A program made the translations under genes and the position numbers. Below are positions 33,869 through 40,953 of a stretch of DNA of 64,000 nt, in pieces (the first letter of the stretch is position 1; each line of letters begins with the position of its first letter). The notes under the pieces were generated by a model. It saw only the letters and a program-made list of their open reading frames with translations. It did no database searches and had not been told where the DNA came from. The DNA is from Pseudomonadales bacterium (GTDB taxonomy: Bacteria; Pseudomonadota; Gammaproteobacteria; Pseudomonadales; Azotimanducaceae), in contig CAXRCG010000048.1 in NCBI GenBank assembly GCA_964228885.1, positions 11,768 through 75,767 on the forward strand, given 5' to 3'.

Positions 33869-34423
33869 CTAGGTAATGTTGTCTAAAACGGTTTGACCCA
33901 TACTGGGCTTTTCCGTGTCTAACCCGATGACCTTCAGCATCTCTAACACTTCGTCCTTGAGGGCTTCAGAGGCGACTTCCCTTTCCTCTTCAGAGGAAAG
34001 ATTTTGCCCAACGTTATATAGCCTTTTTACATACTTAGCTGGTATCCATGACAAAACCTCACCCTTAGTGCCGCCAATGGAGGCCTCTGGTTCCGGCTCT
34101 TCTCGAATCCCTTTTTTAGCGTCATAAATACCCTGCTCGACTATTTCTTCGATATGTCGCTGCAGGATATAGGCATACCTCTTCCTCACTTCCGTAATTC
34201 TCTCACTAGCATCGGATTGGTCTGACAGGGCATCCCATATTTCCTTGCCGAGCAACCCTAAAAGTGGCCCACCCTTTTTAGGCAAGGGTGCAGCTTTCCT
34301 TTGCTTTGTCCTTTTTTCAAGCTCAGACGTTTTCTTCAAAAGGTAAAAGAGTAAAGCGAACACAATGAAAAAGAGCACTAACAACATGATCATCAAAAGC
34401 ACTTCAACACTCGATTGCGCCAT
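33869..34423 (-). CDS. hypothetical single-pass membrane protein (ORF184), last gene of the fliP-flhB transcription unit
   Basis: N-terminal TM (LLMIMLLVLFFIVFALLFYLL) followed by a basic stretch. The start is 22 nt after the stop of the preceding ORF, on the same strand. Confidence 0.55.
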   Translation of the reverse strand: MAQSSVEVLLMIMLLVLFFIVFALLFYLLKKTSELEKRTKQRKAAPLPKKGGPLLGLLGKEIWDALSDQSDASERITEVRKRYAYILQRHIEEIVEQGIYDAKKGIREEPEPEASIGGTKGEVLSWIPAKYVKRLYNVGQNLSSEEEREVASEALKDEVLEMLKVIGLDTEKPSMGQTVLDNIT

Positions 34424-34445
34424 CTCTATAACCCCGTCTTTGCGA

Positions 34446-35507
34446 TCATTTATCGTCGTTCCCGGTCAATTTATAGTTCTCAGTCAATTTGTAACTCTCT
34501 GCCAATTCGGCTTTCCTTATGATGTAGAGATCACTGACTTTTTGCTGGATATCGGCAGCAATCGTTTTATCTTCAGTCATGCTGTTCTTGATCGCTCTCT
34601 GATTATTTTCAACCTGCTTCAATACTGCTAATTGGTTTTTCATTTTACCAAGAGTCTTCAGCTCGCCAAGAACACTTTGTTTCTGGGCCTCAGACAATTT
34701 CAATATATCATCCCCCTTCGCCTGAATTTCACGCCCGATGGCTGCGCCCAATCCCGAGATATCTCTGGTATGCGTTTGGGTGCTCGACTTCAAAACCTCG
34801 AGATCACTGATAATGAGCGACTGCTGACCCTCGATCGACAATAGTTGATCTTGCACATCAACCAGTTTTTCGATGCCGTCTCCTAATTGTATGCCTCTTT
34901 TAGCCACGGCGATAATCACTCGATCAAGTTCATCCGTTTTTTGCGAAAGTTGCATTGATAGCACAATATAAAACAGAATCGAAACTACTAACACAAAACC
35001 GGTTATTCCAGAGGTAACATAGATGAGCTTTCTAGCATTATCAATTTGCTGAGTGGTTGACTCTAGAATCTGTTTGATATGCGTCAACGGACCGACATTG
35101 ACACCATTAATTTTTAAGCTGACAGTTCCATCGCTAATCGAACCGCCTCCTTCAATTTCAACTCGATCACTATTTTGTGGTTGATGCTCCGTACTTGTAT
35201 CTGAAGCTGTCGCTAAATTTACTGCCTCTGAAGCTTCCTCGTCTCCTGATACATCGCTCGCGAGACTATCCCCGGCATCGTCTTCAGCTTCAGGTGCTGA
35301 TGACGTATCGCCAGACTCTGCTGGCTCCTCAACAGAAGCGTCCTCTTCTGCCGTTGAATCACTGTCGCTCACCGAATCTGTTGCCTCTATTTCGTTGGAA
35401 TCATCAACTACGCCATCTTCATCTGAAACTGATTGTTGCGTTTCTTCCTCAGACACTGATTCTTCAGCGACGCCATTGTCGGTCTGATCTTCTTTGTCAT
35501 TGGCCAT
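34446..35507 (-). CDS. hypothetical membrane protein (ORF353): acidic disordered N-terminus, one TM, coiled-coil C-terminus
   Basis: The first ~110 aa are D/E/S-rich (DSVSDSDSTAEEDASVEEPAESGD...). TM is LIYVTSGITGFVLVVSILFYIVLSM. The C-terminal half has heptad-like Q/L/K-rich sequence. Confidence 0.6.
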   Translation of the reverse strand: MANDKEDQTDNGVAEESVSEEETQQSVSDEDGVVDDSNEIEATDSVSDSDSTAEEDASVEEPAESGDTSSAPEAEDDAGDSLASDVSGDEEASEAVNLATASDTSTEHQPQNSDRVEIEGGGSISDGTVSLKINGVNVGPLTHIKQILESTTQQIDNARKLIYVTSGITGFVLVVSILFYIVLSMQLSQKTDELDRVIIAVAKRGIQLGDGIEKLVDVQDQLLSIEGQQSLIISDLEVLKSSTQTHTRDISGLGAAIGREIQAKGDDILKLSEAQKQSVLGELKTLGKMKNQLAVLKQVENNQRAIKNSMTEDKTIAADIQQKVSDLYIIRKAELAESYKLTENYKLTGNDDK

Positions 35508-35532
35508 TGATATAACCTCTTTTCTAGAATTA

Positions 35533-36957
35533 TTAGTTCATCAAATCACTTGCGGAAATGATGTAGGAATTTTCAAAACCACCGGCAGACCTTATCCTAC
35601 CCAACTCCGCTTCTCCGTAGGGGCCTTTAACCACTGCCCAATAGTTATTCTTCTTTAGTTCAACGCGAAACTGTTCTAGGGCATCGCTCTTCGCAATCCA
35701 GGCGACAGCAGCATTCTTATTTCGAAAAGCCGCTTCCTGAACAAAATACTTCGCCTCAAAAATTTCTTCTTCAGCCTTAACACCTGGAACCGATACTTCT
35801 TCGGCCTTAACATCTGGAACCGATACTTCTTCAGCCTTAACATCTGGAACCGATAATTGCGGCAAGACTTCCGCAGCTGCCACTAGTTCGGGGGCTGGCT
35901 GCTCAGGGGTGATAGATTCTACGGGCGCAATCACTTCAATAGAACCCAATATGGTTTCATCCAAGATAACCTCCTCTTGCGGCATTATAATCATCGCGGT
36001 TTCTTCATTAACCGCTTTGATTTCAATGTTATCCGGAAGACGCTCCGCTGAAGCACTCATCGGCTGATCATTTAAAAATTCTTTAACGTTAATTCTCGCA
36101 GACTCAATACCCCCGGGTATAAAGTCATCAAATAAAATAGCAGCCGGAAAAGTTATGACTAAACACATTAAAGCAGCATAACCCAAAAACCTGCCCTTCT
36201 TTATTCTGGCCAATCGAGGATCAGCTGTGTCTATGCCATCCTTGCTTTCATTTTCATCTTTCACCTGGCCGGCACTCTTATCTGCTTGAATTTTGTCAGC
36301 TAGCGCCAAAGGGTCAAATGTCACGATTTGAGCTATATCGTCTTGTGTGTCCTCTTGCACTGCTAATTTACTAACTAGCTCTCTGGCCGTTTGCAAAGAC
36401 CCGTCTGTCTCTGCTCTGAGAACGAAATCTGCGCATTGATCCGCATCCGGCAAGTCAAAGCTCCATAGTGGCGTTCTGGTTACACGCAGCCACTTTTTCA
36501 TTTCCTCGCTTCTCCAAGCTATACCAGTCGTGAGTATAAGCACAGAGATGCCTGCCTGCTTAAATTGGCTCAAGATACGATGCACAAGGGACAGCGGCGA
36601 CACTAACTCTGAGTTAGTGAGCTCGAATATCCATAATTCTTGAGTGCGCCCCTGAACTTGAGCTTGCAGATCAAATTGCTCTATTTCTCTTAATCGAACA
36701 TTGACTTTTTTAATAATCGAGTCTCGATTAAGCGGTGCTCTCTTGACCTCTCCAGTTTCTTTTTCTGTAAAAATATTAGAAACAATTTCTCGCACATAGT
36801 GCTCTTGTAGCGCGTAATTTTCACTGGTGACGACCGCCGCTGAAGCCGGATTTCTCAGATGGCTTATCACGCTTGTGACCAGCTCAGTATGCTTTTCGCT
36901 AAAACTTGAGAACGACCCAATGTATGGCTCTTTTCTTATTCCCGTATGTTTTTTCAT
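35533..36957 (-). CDS. hypothetical bitopic protein (ORF474) with a C-terminal SPOR-like peptidoglycan-binding domain
   Basis: The C-terminal ~75 aa (KYFVQEAAFRNKNAAVAWIAKSDALEQFRVELKKNNYWAVVKGPYGEAELGRIRSAGGFENSYIISASD) has the SPOR beta-alpha-beta pattern. Central TM is FLGYAALMCLVITFPAAILF, preceded by RIKKGR. The start is 23 nt after the flhB stop. Confidence 0.6.
   Translation of the reverse strand: MKKHTGIRKEPYIGSFSSFSEKHTELVTSVISHLRNPASAAVVTSENYALQEHYVREIVSNIFTEKETGEVKRAPLNRDSIIKKVNVRLREIEQFDLQAQVQGRTQELWIFELTNSELVSPLSLVHRILSQFKQAGISVLILTTGIAWRSEEMKKWLRVTRTPLWSFDLPDADQCADFVLRAETDGSLQTARELVSKLAVQEDTQDDIAQIVTFDPLALADKIQADKSAGQVKDENESKDGIDTADPRLARIKKGRFLGYAALMCLVITFPAAILFDDFIPGGIESARINVKEFLNDQPMSASAERLPDNIEIKAVNEETAMIIMPQEEVILDETILGSIEVIAPVESITPEQPAPELVAAAEVLPQLSVPDVKAEEVSVPDVKAEEVSVPGVKAEEEIFEAKYFVQEAAFRNKNAAVAWIAKSDALEQFRVELKKNNYWAVVKGPYGEAELGRIRSAGGFENSYIISASDLMN
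35766..35855 (-). repeat. 3 x 30 bp perfect-phase tandem repeat inside ORF474 (encodes VPDVKAEEVS x3)
   Basis: Units at 35766-35795, 35796-35825 and 35826-35855 differ at 1-2 nt each. Confidence 0.9.
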
Positions 36958-36980
36958 AATGTGTACTTCCCGCCAATCAA

Positions 36981-38129
36981 TTAGTTAGGCCTACGACCAT
37001 GCTCATCAAACCATAACTCTTTTGGCACCTTTGGTTTGGGCTTCTTAAGACTTGTTCCCTCTTCTTTTGCCATTCCCAATCCAAAGACATAAGCAATGAC
37101 TTGAGCAACGGCCAAAAATAAAGCCTGAGGAATATAGTGACCGAGTTCAGTTGTAAAATAGATTGCTCTTGCAAGCTGGGGTGACTCAAACACTAGCACT
37201 TGGTTTTCATTTGCGATCTCTTTAATTTTTTGAGCAATAAGACCTTTGCCTTTTGCCAACACTTTTGGCGCAGCCTCAGAGTCCTTGTCATAGCTCAGAG
37301 CAACAGCGAAATGTTCGGGGTTAGTAATGACAACATCAGCGGCAGGGACATCCTGTAACATCCTTTGCTCGGCCATTTCCCGCTGTTTTTGTTTAATCTT
37401 CTGACGGACCTCGGGCTGACCCTCCATTTCTTTAAATTCGTCTTTTATTTCTTGCTTTGTCATCTTCAACTTTCTGATGAATTCATATCTTTGATATGGC
37501 ACATCAATTGCTGCTATCACCGCCAGCGCGACGGAAACAATCAGCGCGCCGAACAAAACAAATGAAGCAGCGTCATAAATACTCGTAGCAATATCACCTC
37601 TGGAAAATAGGAGAACTTGCTCATAATTGCTGTATAGATATATCCCTGCAGTCAAAGCAACCAACGAAAACTTTAGGACAGATTTCACGAGCTCAACGAC
37701 CGCTTTAAGACCAAAAATTCTTGCAAGGCCAGAGATTGGATTAATCTTACTTGCTTTCGGTGCAATGGCTTTCCAAGAAAACACAAAACCATCCAATGCT
37801 GTTGCACCAAAAATGGCTAACAACATCGAGATTGCAAGCACGGGACTGAGCACCAGGTAACTCTCCCCGAAAATGCTCGCTAACCGAACAACCAACGCCG
37901 ATTCATCTTTAACAGAATCGACGGAAAAGATCAGGCTATCCTTGAACAACTCAATAAACCGAGGTGCCAGAAAGAAGCTGAGTGAGTATAAAGACGCAAT
38001 AAAACCGATCGTGACAACCGCGATTGTCATATCTTGGGACCGCAAAACTTGTCCATCTTCTCGTGCTTTTTCGATTCTACGAGAGGTCGGTTCTTCGGTT
38101 TTTTCTTCTTGAGGCGTATCTTCAGCCAT
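36981..38129 (-). CDS. flhB: flagellar type III export gate / substrate-specificity switch protein FlhB
   Basis: N-terminus EEKTEEPTSRRIEKAREDGQV, four TM segments, and a C-terminal autocleavage region VVITNPEHFAVAL. Confidence 0.92.
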   Translation of the reverse strand: MAEDTPQEEKTEEPTSRRIEKAREDGQVLRSQDMTIAVVTIGFIASLYSLSFFLAPRFIELFKDSLIFSVDSVKDESALVVRLASIFGESYLVLSPVLAISMLLAIFGATALDGFVFSWKAIAPKASKINPISGLARIFGLKAVVELVKSVLKFSLVALTAGIYLYSNYEQVLLFSRGDIATSIYDAASFVLFGALIVSVALAVIAAIDVPYQRYEFIRKLKMTKQEIKDEFKEMEGQPEVRQKIKQKQREMAEQRMLQDVPAADVVITNPEHFAVALSYDKDSEAAPKVLAKGKGLIAQKIKEIANENQVLVFESPQLARAIYFTTELGHYIPQALFLAVAQVIAYVFGLGMAKEEGTSLKKPKPKVPKELWFDEHGRRPN

Positions 38130-38133
38130 CTAT

Positions 38134-38901
38134 TTATCCGCCTAGTATCAGATTAAGTCGACGAAAGGCCAAAAACCAAAGGTTCTCAACCTGTGCGAAC
38201 CAGAGAGGCATCGTTAGCAGCAGCATACCTAGCCCTGCAGGAATCAAAGCAGGAAAACCGACAGCAAACACATTGAGGCTCGGCGCAGCTCTCGAGATAA
38301 TGCCAAGAGATGAATTAATTAGCAGCAAGCCAAAAATTATTGGAAAAGCGATGGACACTGCGCCTAGGAAAATTTGCGAGGTCCAAACAACAAAATTTTG
38401 GATCATTAAATCACCGAACACACCAGAGGCTATCGGGACAAGTTCAAAGCTCTGTTGGAGCACAGAAATTAAAATAAGATGCCCGCCAAAGCTCATAAAC
38501 AGCAGAAAGCCGACAACGATAAAGAACTGAGACAAGGTAGGCACATTACCCACATTCGGGTCGATCATATTGGCCATACTTAACCCCATCCCACCCGCAA
38601 TAATTTGGCCACTCACTATTAATCCGGCAAGGACAATTTGTAGCGTAATACCCATTAAACCGCCGACAAGGATCTCGTGGGTGATGCCTAATACTGCTCC
38701 AAAGCTAAACGGGTCAATTTCCGGGATTTCGATTAACGGGTAGATCATCCACGTCAATACTAGGCTTAACAGCAACGTGACCCTGAGGTTTATCGCTGCC
38801 TGTGAAAAGAACGGCACTGTCATTATAAAAGCGGACACTCTAATCATTGGCCACAGAAACGTTTCCAGTAAATTTATGACATGAGGTGCTAGGATTTCCA
38901 T
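38134..38901 (-). CDS. fliR: flagellar export gate protein FliR
   Basis: 255 aa polytopic protein between fliQ and flhB. Confidence 0.9.
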   Translation of the reverse strand: MEILAPHVINLLETFLWPMIRVSAFIMTVPFFSQAAINLRVTLLLSLVLTWMIYPLIEIPEIDPFSFGAVLGITHEILVGGLMGITLQIVLAGLIVSGQIIAGGMGLSMANMIDPNVGNVPTLSQFFIVVGFLLFMSFGGHLILISVLQQSFELVPIASGVFGDLMIQNFVVWTSQIFLGAVSIAFPIIFGLLLINSSLGIISRAAPSLNVFAVGFPALIPAGLGMLLLTMPLWFAQVENLWFLAFRRLNLILGG

Positions 38902-38906
38902 GGCCG

Positions 38907-39176
38907 CTAGTATTCCATGGTTCTTATACGTTCAAAGACTGTGTCGAAATAGTCCATCATCACAGCCAACTGCCACTCACCAAAAATTATGAGCGCCAAC
39001 AACATCACCCCCAGCTTGGGAATAAAACTCAAAGTCATCTCTTGAATCGAGGTCGCGGCTTGCAAAATACCAACAATTAAACCCGTACCCAGCGCAGCGC
39101 CAAGGATTGGTGCTGCCACCATCACCGTCACAAACAATGCTTCTACGGCAAGATCCATGACTATTCCAGGTTCCAT
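38907..39176 (-). CDS. fliQ: flagellar export gate protein FliQ
   Basis: 89 aa from ATG 39176 (MEPGIVMDLAVEALFVTVMVAAPILG), two TM. The track extension overlaps fliP. Confidence 0.9.
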   Translation of the reverse strand: MEPGIVMDLAVEALFVTVMVAAPILGAALGTGLIVGILQAATSIQEMTLSFIPKLGVMLLALIIFGEWQLAVMMDYFDTVFERIRTMEY

Positions 39177-39181
39177 ATCAT

Positions 39182-39973
39182 CTATCCCACTGCAAAAGTT
39201 GAAATCAAAGAACCCGTAATAAGACCCCACCCATCAACTAAAACGAAAAGTAATAGCTTAAAGGGTAGTGAAATCATCATCGGAGAGAGCATCATCATAC
39301 CCATAGACATCAAGACACTGGCGACCACAAGGTCAATGATGATGAAGGGAATGTAGATTAAAAAACCAATGGTAAACGCGGTTTTTAATTCAGATGTTAG
39401 AAAGGCTGGCATGAGCGTGGATAGGGGAATTTGGCTAACGTCTTCCACGGGTTCGTCATCTGCCATTTCCATAAACATGAGTAAGTCTTTCTCCCTTACC
39501 TGCGCCAGCATGAAACCCCGCATGGGTGGTAATGCTAGCTCTAAGCCTTCTTGAAATGTCACTTCGTTAGCTTGCACCGGGAGATAAGCACCTTCGTAAA
39601 CCTGATCAAAGACCGGCTTCATGATAAATATTGATAAGAAAACAGCGATACCAATAAGCACTTGGTTGGGTGGCGTTTGACCGGTGCCTAATGCCTGCCT
39701 GACCAACGACAAAACAATGATGATTCTCGTAAACGATGTCATCAAAACAACAATCGAAGGCAGTATGGTAAGAATCGACATCAGCACAAGGATCTGGAGC
39801 GACAACCCATACTCAGATCCAGCGTCATTTGCCGTAATTAACGTCAGAGCAGGCCCAAGCTCCGAGGCACTCGCAGATTCTCCAAGGGCACATAACATCA
39901 AAGTAAAAAATACTTTGACCAGCTTCGTGACAGCAGGTTGGACCTCTCTGATTTTTGAAAACAACAAACTCAT
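39182..39973 (-). CDS. fliP: flagellar export gate protein FliP
   Basis: 263 aa with a signal-like N-terminus and the conserved blocks LMTSFTRIIIVLSLVRQALG and GQTPPNQVLIG. Confidence 0.92.
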   Translation of the reverse strand: MSLLFSKIREVQPAVTKLVKVFFTLMLCALGESASASELGPALTLITANDAGSEYGLSLQILVLMSILTILPSIVVLMTSFTRIIIVLSLVRQALGTGQTPPNQVLIGIAVFLSIFIMKPVFDQVYEGAYLPVQANEVTFQEGLELALPPMRGFMLAQVREKDLLMFMEMADDEPVEDVSQIPLSTLMPAFLTSELKTAFTIGFLIYIPFIIIDLVVASVLMSMGMMMLSPMMISLPFKLLLFVLVDGWGLITGSLISTFAVG

Positions 39974-40022
39974 GCGCGATTAATCCAAAAATTAATATCA
40001 TCACCTTGAACATGGACTACCA

Positions 40023-40038
40023 TGCAATTAAGGGGCCA
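40023..40038 (-). promoter_or_regulatory. sigma54 (-24/-12) promoter for fliPQR-flhB-ORF474-ORF353-ORF184
   Basis: The minus strand reads TGGCCC-cttaa-TTGCA, with GG and GC spaced exactly as in the consensus TGGCAC-N5-TTGCA. It lies about 50 nt upstream of the fliP ATG. Confidence 0.6.
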
Positions 40039-40193
40039 ACATTAATTTGTATATTAATCAATGGGTTACAGTCTTAGATTTATTTAACCAAACAATATGT
40101 CAAAAACCTGACACTTTTCGATGCAAGCTTCCATCTGGCCGCTAGAATTTGTTAGGGTGAGCCTGAACAGAAAACGAGAGCTCAAACGCAAGT

Positions 40194-40904
40194 ATGCAAA
40201 TGCGAATCGGATTTCTTCTTCTCGTTTGCCTTTGTGCCAACGCCGAGGAGCAACAAGAAATAGCGTACCCCTATAAGACTTGCTTCGAGAGTGCAGGGAA
40301 GCAGTACAAAATCAGTCCTGGTTTCTTGGCATCTGTCGCTAGCGTAGAGAGCAGCTTGAACCCTAGCGCCGTCTCAAGCTCAAATGCGATAGGTTTAATG
40401 CAAATCAAGTGGCCTTTAACGGCGGCGGAATTAGGCATTAGTAGCCGAGATCAACTGTTTGATCCCTGCTTGAACATCCATGCTGGGGCAAAATACCTCA
40501 ACCAGCTGGAGGCTCGCTTCGAAAGTCGCATGCTCGCACTCGCGGCATACCACATTGGGCCCACCAGAGTGTCAGCTATTGAGGCCATTCCAAAGCCAAC
40601 GCTTAGCTACATTGAAAAAATCTATCGGGAAGAAGCGCTGCTGGCCCATTCATCCTCACTGGCAGATCTTGGGTCCTGCCAAATAGCCGGGCTTATCAAT
40701 CTGACGGTAAAAACCCATCACCCAAAACAGCGCCAGATCGAAGTAATTGAGTGGCTGACTAACACGCATCAGTTCTGCTCAATTGCGAAACTCACAGGTT
40801 TTAAAAACCGGTTACCCGAGCTTATGGGTACCGCAGATGCCGACGGGAAAGTCGATCGACTCCTCGATCGTATATTGGCGTTGAAAGTGAACCTTCAGAG
40901 ATAA
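40194..40904 (+). CDS. Sec-exported soluble lytic transglycosylase (SLT domain), candidate flagellum-specific SltF-like enzyme
   Basis: Signal peptide MQMRIGFLLLVCLCANA. Catalytic block SVASVESSLNPSAVSSSNAIGLMQI (E-S ... GLMQ) and AYHIGP. Embedded in the flagellar cluster. Confidence 0.8.
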   Translation: MQMRIGFLLLVCLCANAEEQQEIAYPYKTCFESAGKQYKISPGFLASVASVESSLNPSAVSSSNAIGLMQIKWPLTAAELGISSRDQLFDPCLNIHAGAKYLNQLEARFESRMLALAAYHIGPTRVSAIEAIPKPTLSYIEKIYREEALLAHSSSLADLGSCQIAGLINLTVKTHHPKQRQIEVIEWLTNTHQFCSIAKLTGFKNRLPELMGTADADGKVDRLLDRILALKVNLQR

Positions 40905-40953
40905 GTTAGCCTTCACAAAAAATAAAGCCGGAGGATCAATAGCGTAAATCTAT

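Noticed and set aside
34447-34476. Sigma28-like -10 (GACGATAA on the minus strand) at the end of ORF353, upstream of ORF184.
   Set aside because: The corresponding -35 region (ctataaat) matches TAAAGTTT poorly, and the site lies in coding sequence. It is too weak to call without transcript data.
35766-35855. The 30 bp tandem repeats, considered as a possible CRISPR or minisatellite array.
   Set aside because: The units are contiguous with no spacers, are in frame within a long ORF, and encode a repeated peptide. There are no cas genes in the window.
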